Source: a bacterium (lineage in GTDB: Bacteria > SM23-31). From it: a stretch of DNA of 64,000 nt. The stretch spans positions 3,392,001-3,456,000 of the forward strand of contig OZ252239.1 of NCBI GenBank assembly GCA_965249485.1. The letters run 5' to 3'. Below, one piece after another: positions 42,108 through 54,678 of the stretch. The notes under the pieces are model-generated. The model was not told the DNA's origin. It saw only the letters and a list, made by a program, of their open reading frames with translations, and did not search any database. Position numbers and translations under genes: made by a program. Position 1 is the stretch's first letter. Each line of letters opens with the position of its first letter.

Positions 42108-42136
42108 TTGACATTTTTTTAATATTTAACTACTAT
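42108..42136 (+). promoter_or_regulatory. sigma70 promoter of ssb
   Basis: TTGACA-17 bp-TACTAT. Confidence 0.7.
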
Positions 42137-42193
42137 TAATGCACAGAAAATTATTGAAAATTTATAACGATTGAAACAAAGTGATGAGATAAA

Positions 42194-42625
42194 ATGGCAA
42201 GCATTAATAAAGCAATTTTGATTGGAAACTTGGGACAGGACCCTGAACTGAAATATATGCCGTCCGGCGACGCATTGTGTAATTTCACAATTGCGACAAC
42301 TGAATCATGGAAAGATAAAGACGGCGTTCAGCAAGACCGTACAGAATGGCATAGAATAGTTGCCTTCAGGCGCCTTGCGGAAATCTGCGGTGAATACTTA
42401 AAAAAAGGGAAACAGGTCTATATCGAAGGAAAAATCCAAACGCGTTCATGGGAAGATAAAGACGGAAATAAACGGTACACAACTGAAATTGTCGCGGATC
42501 AAATGAAAATGCTCGGCAAACGTGATGAAGAAACCGGCGAGTCTTATTCTTCACCTCCTCCTCCTCAGAACTCGGCAGCTGACGCCCCTTCTGTAACGGA
42601 AGAAGAAGATGATCTCCCCTTTTAG
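42194..42625 (+). CDS. ssb: Single-stranded DNA-binding protein
   Basis: [23 protein letters not shown]-terminal DDLPF. Confidence 0.97.
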   Translation: MASINKAILIGNLGQDPELKYMPSGDALCNFTIATTESWKDKDGVQQDRTEWHRIVAFRRLAEICGEYLKKGKQVYIEGKIQTRSWEDKDGNKRYTTEIVADQMKMLGKRDEETGESYSSPPPPQNSAADAPSVTEEEDDLPF

Positions 42626-42971
42626 TACTAGGAAAATGCATCCCATACCCACCTTGTTCGAAAACAATGCTACTCAAAAAAAGCCCACTCCACTGTCGAA
42701 ATAATGATCCTCTGTTTATTGTCTCTTCTCAATCTGATAATATTAGGGAATACAACAAATTTCATCAAAATCCGAGTCTTTTACTCTTTCTACGCTGAAC
42801 AATGATGGAGTAATGCTTAAATTAATCTTCCGTGATTACACAATGAGCTCAGCACCAGTCTAACCATTACTATTGGTTTATTGTAAAAAATTTATTATAT
42901 TTTGCACTTTTTAGACATCAACAGATACGGATCTTGAGTCCGCACGCACTTCACTGTAATGGAAGTCATAA

Positions 42972-43976
42972 ATGACCGGTAGTGTTGTAACGATCGAACA
43001 ATTTATTTTAAAGCAGCAGCGTCAATTTCCCGATGCTTCTGGTGAGTTTTCGGAGCTTCTCAGCTCTATCAGACTCGTTGGTAAAATTATTTCCTGGGAA
43101 GTTAATAAAGCAGGATTAGTGGAACTCTTAGGAATTACCGGCCTGGAAAATGTTCACGGTGAAACAGTCCAAAAACTCGACATGTATGCACAGAATGTTT
43201 TTGTGCAAACTCTCAGGCGGTCGGGTAAAATGTGTGTATTGGTGTCTGAAGAAAGTGAAAGCATGATCTCTATACCGAAAGGATACAACACCGGGAAATA
43301 TGTTGTATGCTTTGATCCTCTGGACGGCTCCTCCAATATTGATGCAAATGTCAGTGTCGGTTCAATTTTCGGGATTTTTAAAAAAATATCCGATGGTGAA
43401 CACGGAACAGAAGAAGATATTCTCCAGCAGGGGAATGCTCTGTTTGCTGCCGGCTACATAATTTACGGATCAAGCACGATGCTCGTCTACTCTACCGGTT
43501 ACGGTGTCCACGGTTTTACGCTCGACCCCAGCATCGGTGAATTTCTACTCTCACATGAAAATATTCAGATCCCTGCAAAAGGAAGTATATATAGCGTAAA
43601 TGAAGGGAATTCGGAGACGTGGGATGCAGGAATTAAACAATTTATTCAAATCCTAAAACAGCCAGATGCTGCCGGTAAAAAACCTTATTCTGCACGGTAT
43701 ATCGGCTCTCTTGTCGCTGACTTTCATAGAAACCTCCTTTACGGAGGAATATTTCTCTATCCGGGGGATCAGCGAAACCCTCATGGAAAACTAAGACTTT
43801 TGTATGAAGCAAATCCCCTTGCCTACATTGTTGAACAAGCCGGAGGAGCTGCTTCGGATGGGCAGAGAAGAATTCTTGACATCAAACCTGATTCCTTTCA
43901 TCAAAAAACACCACTTATTATCGGAAGTAAAGAAGATGTGGAACTATGTGATAAATGCATTGCCGAGAATTCTTAG
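42972..43976 (+). CDS. fbp: Class 1 fructose-1,6-bisphosphatase
   Basis: QKLD, SEE, FDPLDGSSNID, RYIGSLVADFHR, GKLRLLYEANP. Confidence 0.96.
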   Translation: MTGSVVTIEQFILKQQRQFPDASGEFSELLSSIRLVGKIISWEVNKAGLVELLGITGLENVHGETVQKLDMYAQNVFVQTLRRSGKMCVLVSEESESMISIPKGYNTGKYVVCFDPLDGSSNIDANVSVGSIFGIFKKISDGEHGTEEDILQQGNALFAAGYIIYGSSTMLVYSTGYGVHGFTLDPSIGEFLLSHENIQIPAKGSIYSVNEGNSETWDAGIKQFIQILKQPDAAGKKPYSARYIGSLVADFHRNLLYGGIFLYPGDQRNPHGKLRLLYEANPLAYIVEQAGGAASDGQRRILDIKPDSFHQKTPLIIGSKEDVELCDKCIAENS

Positions 43977-44332
43977 CATTCATGTAAACATATTAAATTA
44001 TTGTGCAACATTAATTGAATACATATTTACGGTTCTCACAAGTGCATTTTTATTTTCCTATTATTTTTTGCACGTCTCAATCCCTGTAATAAAAATAAAA
44101 TAATTATTTAAAAGTATCCTCCTTTCACCCTTCTTACAAGAAATAAACATCCCTCATTGCAATTGCACTCAAACTATTGTTTTTACTTAATATAACGTCA
44201 TGCACTCATGCAATAGGCATGAAATACAATATTGATATAAAGAAGAAATATTTTTCAAAATATTTAAATAATTGGGAACTTATTTTAAAAAAAATAAGTT
44301 TCATATATGTGTACAATGCAAGGGGATGATGT

Positions 44333-44542
44333 ATGATTTTTACAAAGTTGAGAAAACTGCGCAAAATGAATGAGATAACCCTTGATGAAGTAGCACTGGA
44401 TACCGGTTTATCTATCGGATATATAAACCGTATCGAGCGTGGGTACATTACTGATATTAAAAATGAAGTAAAGCGCAAACGCCTCGAGACTTACATCAAG
44501 AATCTTGAAAGAAAGACAAAAAAAGAATTGTCTTTGTCATAA
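44333..44542 (+). CDS. XRE-family helix-turn-helix protein
   Basis: LRKLRK..ITLDEVA..TGLSIGYINRIERG. Confidence 0.85.
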   Translation: MIFTKLRKLRKMNEITLDEVALDTGLSIGYINRIERGYITDIKNEVKRKRLETYIKNLERKTKKELSLS

Positions 44543-44576
44543 ATACATTTTCTCAGACGCAGTTTTTAAACGTTGG

Positions 44577-44609
44577 AAAAGACGGTTCCAGTTCGGACCG
44601 TCTTTTTTT
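44577..44609 (+). terminator. Intrinsic terminator
   Basis: AAAAGACGGTTCC...GGACCGTCTTTTTTT. Confidence 0.8.
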
Positions 44610-44626
44610 GTTTACGTAAGATTATA

Positions 44627-44655
44627 TTGACAACACTTCATTAAATTAGTATATT
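44627..44655 (+). promoter_or_regulatory. sigma70 promoter of comM
   Basis: TTGACA-17 bp-TATATT. Confidence 0.7.
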
Positions 44656-44696
44656 TTTTGATATTATTTCCGAAAGTCATCTGTTGCCCTTCACTT

Positions 44697-46232
44697 ATGT
44701 TTTCACTAATTATCAGCGCTGCCGTTCAAGGTATAGAGGCATATCTCGTCAAGGTTGAATCACACTTAGAAAGTGGACTGCTGGCATTTACGACAGTCGG
44801 ACTTCCCGAAGGTGCCGTTAGAGAAAGCAAAGAGCGAGTTACTGCCGCAATTAAAAATTCAGGTTACCCGTTCCCGCAAAAACGTATTACTATTAACCTT
44901 GCACCGGCTGACATAAGGAAAGAGGGCTCGGCTTTTGATTTGCCGATCGCAGTTGGCATACTTGCTTCCACAGGCCTTGTTCAGTCGCGAACTGTCGAAC
45001 GGTATATCATTCTGGGAGAATTGGCTCTTGATGGAAAATTGAGACCTGTCAAGGGTGCTCTACCTATTTCAACTATTGAAACAAAACTGGATATTGATGG
45101 CATCATTCTTCCAAAGGAGAATGCGAATGAGGCGTCGATTGCCCGCAACTTCCATATATATCCAATGGATAACCTCAGGGAAACAGTAGAGTTTTTAAAC
45201 GGGAATAATGAGCACAAACCATATGTGATTGATAATGAATTGATTGATTCTTCCTGGAAAGAGTATGATATAAATTTTTCTGAAGTGAAGGGACAAGAAA
45301 ATGCGAAAAGAGCTTTAGAGGTTGCATCGGCAGGAGGACATAATACTATTATGATAGGTCCTCCTGGCTCGGGAAAGACAATGCTCGCCAGGAGAATTGC
45401 AACAATTCTGCCCAATTTAACGTTTGAAGAATCATTATCGACGACCAAGATACATTCTGTCGCAGGTTTGCTCAACTCAGACCAGGCGCTGGTAACCCGT
45501 CGGCCATTTCGTTCTGCACACCACTCTATTTCAGATGCCGGTCTGATCGGTGGTGGCCATATTCCGAAACCGGGTGAGGTTAGCCTTGCCCATAATGGTG
45601 TTCTCTTTTTGGATGAAATGGCGGAATTTAAGAAGCACATTCTTGAAATGCTCCGCCAACCGTTAGAAGATGGATATGTCACTATATCCCGTGCAAAAAT
45701 GTCTCTGACATATCCTTCTCGTTTCATGCTTGCAGCAGCCATGAATCCCTGTCCCTGCGGTTATGCGACCGATTCGACCCATTCATGTTCATGTTCTGCG
45801 AGCCACATACAGAAGTATATGGCGAGAATTTCGGGACCGCTCTTAGATAGAATCGATATTCATTTGGAAGTGCCGAGAGTCAATATCAAAGAGCTCTCAT
45901 CAGAGAATGTCGGAGAATCATCTGAAATAATCAGAAAAAGAGTTATCCGAGCGCGAGAGCTACAGCTTGATCGGTTTAAAAACAGTAGTACCATATTTAC
46001 AAATGCCGCAATGAGCACAAAAAATATTCGTAAATATTGCAGACTTGATAACGAATGTCAGGAGTTACTTAAAACAGCCATTACCCAGCTCGGATTATCT
46101 GCACGAGCATACGACCGGATTTTGAAAGTGTCACGCACTATTGCCGATTTGGAATCATCGGAAGATATCCGACTTGAATTTGTGAGTGAAGCAATTCAAT
46201 ACCGGAGCCTTGACAGAAACTTATGGAATTAA
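44697..46232 (+). CDS. comM: YifB/ComM family Mg-chelatase-like AAA+ ATPase
   Basis: NLAPADIRKEG..FDLPIA, GPPGSGKT, LAHNGVLFLDE, AMNPCPCG, SGPLLDRID. Confidence 0.94.
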   Translation: MFSLIISAAVQGIEAYLVKVESHLESGLLAFTTVGLPEGAVRESKERVTAAIKNSGYPFPQKRITINLAPADIRKEGSAFDLPIAVGILASTGLVQSRTVERYIILGELALDGKLRPVKGALPISTIETKLDIDGIILPKENANEASIARNFHIYPMDNLRETVEFLNGNNEHKPYVIDNELIDSSWKEYDINFSEVKGQENAKRALEVASAGGHNTIMIGPPGSGKTMLARRIATILPNLTFEESLSTTKIHSVAGLLNSDQALVTRRPFRSAHHSISDAGLIGGGHIPKPGEVSLAHNGVLFLDEMAEFKKHILEMLRQPLEDGYVTISRAKMSLTYPSRFMLAAAMNPCPCGYATDSTHSCSCSASHIQKYMARISGPLLDRIDIHLEVPRVNIKELSSENVGESSEIIRKRVIRARELQLDRFKNSSTIFTNAAMSTKNIRKYCRLDNECQELLKTAITQLGLSARAYDRILKVSRTIADLESSEDIRLEFVSEAIQYRSLDRNLWN

Positions 46233-46254
46233 AAGATCAGCAGGTTTAAAAAAC

Positions 46255-47016
46255 ATGCCGGAAACCCTGATTAAAACAAATACGATGACCTTCAAAAGAG
46301 GCGAAACTGTCTTTCGAGAAGGCGATGTTGGCGAGGAGATGTATATCATCAAATCCGGCAAAGTCGAAGTGGTCAAAAAAGTCCAAGATGAGGAAATGGT
46401 TCTCGCTACGCTTGAATCAAACTCTTTTTTCGGTGAAATGGCACTTTTCGGGGACAAACGCAGAAGCGCTACTATCCGAGCCCTTGAAAACACATCAACG
46501 ATTCGCATTACTAAAAGTATCCTCGATCTTCAGCTTTCAAAAGCACCCGATTGGTTTGTTGCAATTATGCGTACCCTCGCATTGCGGCTCAAGGAAACCA
46601 ATAAACGTGTACAATCCCGGTACTATATAAATTTAGAGTACAGCCTAATTAAGATGTTTCTGCTCACCATGAATGTGCTCGGCACACGTGAAGGTTCGGA
46701 ATTATCAGCAGAGCTTGGCCCTGTTCTCCGCGAAGTGCAATTGATACTTGGTGTTTCCAAAGAAGAGTTGCTAGTCAAGCTCAAGGATTTTTCATTTATT
46801 CAGATGATTAAATTCTCCGAATCAGAGAATAAAATCACCGTGCCGGATGTTGATAAGACTAAGGACTTCTTACTTTTTTTACAGGGGAAGAAAGATAAAA
46901 AAACACGGTTAACATCAGCATTTGACGACCTTCAGGATGATGCAAAAAAAATGCAATACTTTGAGCGACTTTATCAGCTTCTAACCCGGAGAAAAGGAGA
47001 AGTCGAGCAAAAATAA
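46255..47016 (+). CDS. Cyclic-nucleotide-binding (Crp-like) protein
   Basis: FREGD..MYII.SGKV, FFGEMAL...RSAT. Confidence 0.85.
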   Translation: MPETLIKTNTMTFKRGETVFREGDVGEEMYIIKSGKVEVVKKVQDEEMVLATLESNSFFGEMALFGDKRRSATIRALENTSTIRITKSILDLQLSKAPDWFVAIMRTLALRLKETNKRVQSRYYINLEYSLIKMFLLTMNVLGTREGSELSAELGPVLREVQLILGVSKEELLVKLKDFSFIQMIKFSESENKITVPDVDKTKDFLLFLQGKKDKKTRLTSAFDDLQDDAKKMQYFERLYQLLTRRKGEVEQK

Positions 47017-47216
47017 GTTTAACAACGATCGCAACTCTGGTCTGTCATACAAAAATCCATAGATTCTCTTTTAGGTTATATTTTCAAAGAAACGTACTTC
47101 AAAATTTTTATTTCTCTCTTGTTTTACACTCATATTTTCCTCTCCTGTTTATTATTTTATTGTGACTATTGCTCTAAAGCAACACAAACCCTATAATTGT
47201 ATGTGACGTATATTCC

Positions 47217-48029
47217 ATGAAACCGGAAGCCCTTGATACAGAAATAATTAGTCGATCCATATCGAAATATCAGTTCGGTCGCTATATTGAGTTTAAAAAA
47301 TCGGTGACATCAACGAATGAAATTGCAAAACAATATGCCCTCTCTCAATCGCAGCTTCCCATGATTATCTTTGCTGAAGAGCAGATAGGCGGCAAAGGAA
47401 GAATGAAACGGAGCTGGTTCTCTCCTCGTAACGCCGGCATCTGGTTTTCGGTCATATTCCCGCCGAATCATGATCCGGTCGTGTTTGGTCATTACAATTT
47501 TTTCATGTCACTTGTGCTTGCATCCGCTATTGAATCTATTACTCAATGTGAAATCGAATTGAAATGGCCGAATGATATTCTTATTAATGGGAAAAAGGTG
47601 TGCGGGATTTTATCCGAAGTAGTTACCAGAAAAGAAAACTCGGATACTGTCATTACCGGCGCCGGGCTCAATGTGAATATTGAAGAAAATGAATTCCCGA
47701 AAGAACTGTGCGATACCGCTACTTCATTGAGTATTGAATCCGATGAAACAATTAACCGGACGGATCTGTTTATAGAAATAATTTCAACACTGAATACCAT
47801 CTATGACTTGTGGGAACAGCGGGGAATCGAGCCGATTTTCCATTCGTGGCTCCAAAAATGTTCTACTATCGGCAAATCACTCACTATTAAATCAGGATCA
47901 CGGAGTATTGACGGAACTGCGCGACATATTAACTTAGACGGCTCCCTTGTCCTTCGGGGCGCCAACGGATCTGACCACACGGTGTACGCGGGTGATCTTG
48001 AATATTCCGTGCGAGTTCAAGATAAGTAA
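47217..48029 (+). CDS. birA: Biotin-[acetyl-CoA-carboxylase] ligase (no N-terminal HTH)
   Basis: TSTN, Q.GGKGR..RSW.SP, LKWPND, KKVCGIL. Confidence 0.93.
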   Translation: MKPEALDTEIISRSISKYQFGRYIEFKKSVTSTNEIAKQYALSQSQLPMIIFAEEQIGGKGRMKRSWFSPRNAGIWFSVIFPPNHDPVVFGHYNFFMSLVLASAIESITQCEIELKWPNDILINGKKVCGILSEVVTRKENSDTVITGAGLNVNIEENEFPKELCDTATSLSIESDETINRTDLFIEIISTLNTIYDLWEQRGIEPIFHSWLQKCSTIGKSLTIKSGSRSIDGTARHINLDGSLVLRGANGSDHTVYAGDLEYSVRVQDK

Positions 48030-48078
48030 TTGCAATTGTCAACGTATTGAAAAAAAATAAACCACAGGTCTGTAGAGT

Positions 48079-49521
48079 ATGCATGCTCGGCAACAAAAAA
48101 AACTCAATAGTAATATTATTCAGGCGATGCTAAAAGAGCTCCCTTCTGTTGAATCACTCATGAGTAATTCCGCATTCGAGACAGCTCTCGGATCATATTC
48201 ACGAGATTTTATAACGTATATTATTCGGAAACAGGTTGGCAATACCCGTGATGAAATAAAAAACGGCACCTACATCAGGGACGTCTCAAAAAAATCATTA
48301 AGCGAAACTATTATCAAACGTGTTGAAATTTACCTTGCTAAAATCAACGAAGGCGCTCTTCTACCAGTCGTTAATGCAACAGGAGTTGTTTTACATACCG
48401 GACTCGGTAGGGCTCCTTTGTCTACTGTAGCAGTCAGATTTGTTCAACAAATAATAAGCGGTTACTCCACCCTTGAAATTGACCGGTCTTCGGGACGGCG
48501 CGGCAGCAGAACTCAAATTCTTGAGGAGCTGTTATGCTATCTTTGTCGTACTGAATCTGCAACGGTGGTCAATAATAATGCTGCAGCTGTGATGATACTC
48601 TTGAACACCCTTGCACTCAATAAAGAGGTGATTATTTCTCGGGGTGAACTAGTGGAAATAGGAGGATCTTTCCGCATGCCCGATATTATGACTGCGAGCA
48701 GTGCAGAAATGGTTGAAGTTGGTACAACCAACAAAACAAGAGTGTCCGACTATACAAAAGCTGTTAACAAAAATACGGGAGCTATCCTCAAGGTACATTC
48801 AAGCAACTACAGAGTACTTGGCTTCTCGGAATCAGCTGCAATCAGTGAATTGAAATCCAGCAATAAATGCAAGAACATTCCCGTTATTTACGATCTTGGC
48901 GGCGGTGTGATTTTTGATCTGGAACGAGTCGGTCTGCCGCATGAACCTATTGTTGCTCAATCAATCCGAGATGGTGCCGATATCGTCACATTTAGCGGAG
49001 ATAAAGTGTTTGGAGGTCCGCAATCCGGGATCATTGTTGGGAAAAAAAAGTATATTGATAAAATCAAAAAAAATCCCTTTGCACGGGCAATGAGATGCGA
49101 CAAACTGATCCTTGCAGCACTATACGGAACCATTCTATCATATCTTAAAGGGATAGAAGGATTTACTTCTCTCCCCTCAACTAAAATGCTTATGGAAAAA
49201 CCTGAGTCTATCCGGAAACGGGCCTTAAAAGTTAAAGAAATAGCATCAGAGAAGCGGATCAGAGGACTCACTATCTCTGTTGAGGCATGTGAATCTGAAG
49301 TCGGTAGCGGCGCCATGCCCCTCGAACTGTTGCCTAGTTTCGCCTTGTGTCTTGCATCAAAGAAAATTTCAGCAGAATACATTGCTGCACAGTTGCGTTC
49401 AGGTTTCCCCCCGGTTTTCAGCTACATTAAAAACAATAAAGTCTATCTCGATATGCGAACAGTATTCCGCAATCAGCTCAAACATATTGCCGAAAGCATT
49501 GCTGCAATTCGTGATAAGTAG
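48079..49521 (+). CDS. selA: L-seryl-tRNA(Sec) selenium transferase
   Basis: NATGVVLHT.LGRAP, VNNNAAA, SRGELVEIGGSFR, FSGDK.FGGPQ (PLP Lys). Confidence 0.96.
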   Translation: MHARQQKKLNSNIIQAMLKELPSVESLMSNSAFETALGSYSRDFITYIIRKQVGNTRDEIKNGTYIRDVSKKSLSETIIKRVEIYLAKINEGALLPVVNATGVVLHTGLGRAPLSTVAVRFVQQIISGYSTLEIDRSSGRRGSRTQILEELLCYLCRTESATVVNNNAAAVMILLNTLALNKEVIISRGELVEIGGSFRMPDIMTASSAEMVEVGTTNKTRVSDYTKAVNKNTGAILKVHSSNYRVLGFSESAAISELKSSNKCKNIPVIYDLGGGVIFDLERVGLPHEPIVAQSIRDGADIVTFSGDKVFGGPQSGIIVGKKKYIDKIKKNPFARAMRCDKLILAALYGTILSYLKGIEGFTSLPSTKMLMEKPESIRKRALKVKEIASEKRIRGLTISVEACESEVGSGAMPLELLPSFALCLASKKISAEYIAAQLRSGFPPVFSYIKNNKVYLDMRTVFRNQLKHIAESIAAIRDK

Positions 49522-49539
49522 TCCAGAGAAAATTTATAC

Positions 49540-51429
49540 ATGTCACACAGAATAATTGGAACAGCGGGACATATAGATCATGGAAAAACCGCACTGGTCA
49601 AGGCTCTAACAGGAGTTGATACTGACCGGCTCAAAGAGGAAAAAGAACGGGCGATTACCATTGACCTCGGTTTTGCATTTCTGGACGACACAACGGCAAT
49701 TGTCGATGTGCCTGGTCACGAGCGATTTGTGAAAAATATGGTCGCCGGAGTAACCGGAATAGATTTGGCCCTGCTTGTTATAGCAGCTGATGACGGTGTC
49801 ATGCCCCAGACCCGTGAACATATCGAAATTATTCGTCTCCTTGCAATTGAGCGGCTTGTTGTGGCAATAACCAAAATCGACCTTGCTGATGATGAATGGA
49901 TATCACTTCTTAACGATGAAATTGACCTGCTTCTTGCCGGAAATGGTTATCCGGATGCACATATAATACCAGTATCAGTAATTACCGGAACTGGGATAGA
50001 AAAATTAAAACAAACTCTCAAAAGTGAAGTTGCATTCGTAAAGGATAAAAATATTGATAAGCCCTTCAGGTTGCCGGTTGACCGTTCGTTTACTATGAAA
50101 GGTTTTGGAACAGTCGTAACCGGCTCTGTTATGTCAGGGAAGCTAAATTTAGATGACAATGTTGAGCTGCTCCCTGAGGAGAAAGAACTCCGCCTGCGTG
50201 GATTGCAACACCATAATGAGACAGTAGAGACTGTTCAGGCCGGCGATCGGGCCGCATTGAATTTTAGCGGAATTCAGAAAGAGGCGATAATTCGGGGGAA
50301 TGTCGTTGCCTTAAAAGATTCTTATCAATCATCCACTATTATCAATTGTTATTGTCACTTTCTCAAAAGTTCAGAGAAATCTTTAAAACAACAGCAGCGG
50401 ATCCGTTTCCATTGCGGAACCATTGAAACACTCGGAAGAATTAATCTTCTCGGAAAAAAAATTATTGAACCGGGCGAATCAGCACCGGTTCAGTTTATAC
50501 TCGAGAAACCTGTTGTTGCAGTATCAGGAGACCGATTTATCATTCGGCATTATTCTCCTGCGTTGACAATCGGGGGTGGCGAAATTATTGAAGTTGATAC
50601 GCAACCTGCAGGAAGGAAGTGGGCAGGTGTTGCTACTTTTTTAGAAAAGCTACACGCTCTACCTCAAAAAGACAGAGTTTTCAGCTACGTGGAGAATTGT
50701 GGACTCGAACCAGTATCATCAGCTGATCTCGGAAAACAGTTTGGCTTGCTCCCTGAACAGATCGACTCTCTTCTCTCTTCGTACCAAAACGACGTCATCA
50801 ATTCTACTATTGAAAAGAATTCATTCTGGATACACAGAGTTTTTTTTGAGTCGGCTTGTGAGAATATTGTGAGTACTATCGCAACATATCATCAACAAAA
50901 TCCAGAAAAACCGTATTTGCAGCTTGAATCGCTAAAAAGTAAAATTGGTTCTGAGTTAGAGCATCGCTTCCTTTCGAGGCTCTTCGACACATTAATAAAG
51001 CAAAAACGAATTGCTATTGACCACAATCGGATCAGATTATCCAATTTCAAACCCCAGTTTTCCGAAGATTTAAAAATACTAATGGGACGGTTTATTTCAT
51101 ATCTTGAAGAAAAAGGACACGAAGGCCCTACAATTGAGGAAACCAGTACGCATCTCGGTGTCGATGGTGTGTTCCTCAAAAAAATAATAGATTCACTTTC
51201 TGCAGAAGGTAAAATCGTGCGAGTTGGAGAATTGTTTCTTTATAAGCTTGAACAGATAATCTCGATTGAAGCTTCTATACGTGATTCGATCTCAAAAGAA
51301 GGATCAATTACCGTTGCAGGCCTCAGAAACATCCTCGGTACCAGTAGAAAATACGCATTACCGCTATTGAATTATTTTGATGATGCGGGAATCACATTGC
51401 GTATTGGCGACAAACGGGTCTTGAAATAG
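49540..51429 (+). CDS. selB: Selenocysteine-specific elongation factor
   Basis: [36 protein letters not shown]-terminal winged helix with SRKYALPLL. Confidence 0.96.
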   Translation: MSHRIIGTAGHIDHGKTALVKALTGVDTDRLKEEKERAITIDLGFAFLDDTTAIVDVPGHERFVKNMVAGVTGIDLALLVIAADDGVMPQTREHIEIIRLLAIERLVVAITKIDLADDEWISLLNDEIDLLLAGNGYPDAHIIPVSVITGTGIEKLKQTLKSEVAFVKDKNIDKPFRLPVDRSFTMKGFGTVVTGSVMSGKLNLDDNVELLPEEKELRLRGLQHHNETVETVQAGDRAALNFSGIQKEAIIRGNVVALKDSYQSSTIINCYCHFLKSSEKSLKQQQRIRFHCGTIETLGRINLLGKKIIEPGESAPVQFILEKPVVAVSGDRFIIRHYSPALTIGGGEIIEVDTQPAGRKWAGVATFLEKLHALPQKDRVFSYVENCGLEPVSSADLGKQFGLLPEQIDSLLSSYQNDVINSTIEKNSFWIHRVFFESACENIVSTIATYHQQNPEKPYLQLESLKSKIGSELEHRFLSRLFDTLIKQKRIAIDHNRIRLSNFKPQFSEDLKILMGRFISYLEEKGHEGPTIEETSTHLGVDGVFLKKIIDSLSAEGKIVRVGELFLYKLEQIISIEASIRDSISKEGSITVAGLRNILGTSRKYALPLLNYFDDAGITLRIGDKRVLK

Positions 51430-51490
51430 ACCGCAAGTTTACACTTTCTGATTTGAATCATTTTAGAACTCTTTACTGCCCGCTTCCACT

Positions 51491-51973
51491 TCAAACAAAA
51501 GCTTTCAGAATTTCTTTTTGCATACCGTGCAAATCATCATATGCTGAATTGATTTCTTGAATTTTGTCGCTGAGCTGTTGCAGCAGTTTGAATTTTTCTA
51601 TGCCATTGCGAATAATCAGAAGTAAATTATCGTTTTCCCATGGTTTCTCAATATACTGAAACAGACCGACCTCATTAATCGCCTTAATCGCATTTTCTTT
51701 ATCTGCATAGCCAGTCAGAATAATCCTCGGTATTTCCGGTTTAATTTTTCGAACATTTCCCAGAAACTGGATTCCATCCATTTCCGGCATTAAATAATCA
51801 GAGATAACGAGTGATGCATCATTCTTTTCGATAAATTTGAGGGCCTCGTTCGCGGAAGTAAACGTTTTTATTATGTAATCTGACTCCAATTGCAGAAAAG
51901 AGTCGATACTTGTCAGAACCATATCTTCATCGTCTACAACAATGATTGTGTTATTACTTTCAGAGTTTGACAT
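51491..51973 (-). CDS. Response regulator receiver protein
   Basis: VVDDE, ISDYLMPEMDG, ILTGY, YIEKPW. Confidence 0.92.
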   Translation of the reverse strand: MSNSESNNTIIVVDDEDMVLTSIDSFLQLESDYIIKTFTSANEALKFIEKNDASLVISDYLMPEMDGIQFLGNVRKIKPEIPRIILTGYADKENAIKAINEVGLFQYIEKPWENDNLLLIIRNGIEKFKLLQQLSDKIQEINSAYDDLHGMQKEILKAFV

Positions 51974-52069
51974 GTTTTAATCCTGTTGGAATTTAGTATA
52001 ATCGGTTATCATTTCTTTTATTAAATAAAATAAAAATCGGGTAAATATCATACTATTTTTTCAAATAAC

Positions 52070-54572
52070 CTAAATTGGCAGAGAAATTTTCATGACGGTG
52101 CCAGATCCTTCTTTGCTACCAACATCAATTTCACCGTTATGGTCTTTAATTATCTGATAGACAATCGAAAGACCCAGCCCTGTACCTACGCCAACACCTT
52201 TTGTTGTGAATCCAGGACTGAATATTTTTTTCATATCATTTTCAGTAATTCCCTTACCCGAATCTTGCATTTCAATAACAACATATTTTCCGGACACATA
52301 GGTTCGAATAAATATTTCTCCTTTGCCTTCAATAGCCTGGCTGGAATTGACAAGAATATTCATAAAAACCTGGTTAATCTGGTTCGGGAAACAATTGACC
52401 GGAGGCAATGTACCGTATTCCTTGTGAATGGTAATTCTGTTTTTAAACTCATGGTGAACAAGCGTCAGTGTGCTTTCCAATCCTTCATGCAGATCGACCG
52501 TATCTTTTTCTGCCTGGTCAAGCCGAGCAAATCTCCTCAGGCTGTTCACAATATTCGTAATGCGATCTGCTGCAGTTTTACTCACTTCATTAAGCCGATC
52601 GACATTGCTGAAAAGCTTATTGAGCACAGAATATTCGTGTTCATGTTCGTCTTTTTCGAGATCACTTACCACTCGTTGAATTTTCGCAAATGAACGTATA
52701 AAGACATCATTGTTACTCTTCAGAGCACCGAGTGGTGTATTAATCTCGTGAGCAACCCCGGCAACAAGCTGTCCGAGAGCGGCCATTTTTTCTGAGTTAA
52801 TAAGCTGCACCTGTTTTTCTTTCAGTTCGAGTTCTTCATTTGCCTGCTGAAGTGCATTGAACATCTGTTTCAACTCCAGTGCCCGGGCAAAAATCTCACC
52901 AACGATTTTTAACAAAATGATATTGTCATCCGTCCACTCTTTTTCTTTTTCAATTGTGTCAAAACCGATAAAACCGATCAGTTTTCTCCCAAGCACCATC
53001 GGTACAGCAACAATCGATTTTATTCCTGCATTTTTTAACCACTTTTTTTCACTTGCAGCTTCGTTCGGAATATCCTGAATACGAGGATAATAAATTGGAT
53101 TTTTCTGCTTCAACTGCTGCAAAAAGTGCTGCATGTTCTCGGTATCGGTCTGTTTAATCTGTGACCTGAGTGATTTTATTCCCTGTGCACACCATTCTTC
53201 GTTTGCATTGATAGTTTTGCCGTCATCACTGATCAAGGCAACGTAACTTCTGTCGACACCAGAAAATTTGCCGATACTTTTGAGTGCATCTTTAATGCCC
53301 TCATCGATTTCGTGCGGTTCAAGATTGATGAATTTTGTTGAAATATTCGTAATAAGATTTTCAAAATCAAAATGCTGCTGCAGTTCCTGTTCGTTCTTTT
53401 TTCGCGTCGAAATATCACGGAAAGCTATCACCCGTACTCGTTTATTTTGAAAGCTAATTCCACGTCCGTAAACCTCTACATAAAACTGTGACTTGTCCTT
53501 ACGAACACATATCACATCGAACGCTCCAAGGGTAATATCAGGATTCTTTGCAACACGGGCAAGCTTCGTTTGAGTTTCTTTTTTACTCTCATTGGCAACA
53601 AGATCAATCATTTTCATACCGATCATTTCGTTTATAGAATACCCGAAATTCTTTGCGGCTGAATTATTGACATCGACTATACTGTCCTTTTCATAAATGA
53701 TAATCCCCTCGAATGATGCATCAATGAGTGAGCGGAATCGCTCCTCACTTTCACGGAGTTTCTCCTGAGCTTTTTTGCTTTCGGTAATATCGTTAAAAAC
53801 TACGACTGCTCCTTTTATATGGCCTTTGTCATCACGAACAGGGCGGGCATTGACATGAATAAATATACCTTCAGATTGCTTTTTGGAACGCACAAAAACT
53901 TCGCACTGGTCAATAGATTCCCCTTTTCCTGCACGGACTAAGGGGAGATAATCTGTAGGAAAAGGAGTTTTTTATCGGGCATAAAAAGTCCGTAATGACT
54001 GCTCAGTTTATCCGGTTTAGTTTTTTTAAGGCCCATACCGAGAATCCGCTCCGCCGCAGGATTAAATAAGACCAATTCACCTTTTTCGTCTGTCAATGCG
54101 ATACCTTCAGCCATGTTCTCAAGTATTGAAAGGAACAGTTTTTCTGTTTCAGGAGCTGGTCTTCAGCATTTTTTCTGCCGGTGATGTCCTGTCCGACAAG
54201 ATGGATCCCTCTGAGCTTTCTACCTGATTCCCACTGAGCCCTGCAGGAAATCAGCACAACTCGCTCCTCACCTTTCTTGATCAGTAGTATTTTTTCAACC
54301 TCACATCTCTTACCGCAGCGTGCTGCAAGTGAAACAAGGTCTTTCACTTCCTTTTTTTCGTGACAGAGTGCCGCTAACGGTAGACCGATCAACTCCGATT
54401 CATTATATCCGAGCATACTACTTGTTGAATTTGTTACAGAGGCGATAATCGGATTGTATTTTTCAGAAGCAGAATTAATGGTTGCATCGATGAAGATTAT
54501 ATGTTCATCGATCAATTTTGAAAACAAGCTATCAACACTTTTACTATCTGTCAATAAAGTCTTTTTATTCAT
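52070..54572 (-). pseudogene. PAS/GAF sensor histidine kinase split by two frameshifts
   Basis: HEINTP, N/G boxes (FTTK.VG.GTGLGL). The PAS ORF at 54093-54572 joins via a hidden frame (LFLSILENMAEG...FNPAAERILG) if single A's are added in A-runs near 54143 and 53970. Confidence 0.82.
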
Positions 54573-54678
54573 CCTATATGTCGTTTTGTGTTCGTTCGAT
54601 ATTCAACTGACTGTAGATGTTGAAAAGCACATTAATACTATAACGATAACATGCTGCAATAGTTCGAATTATATGTAA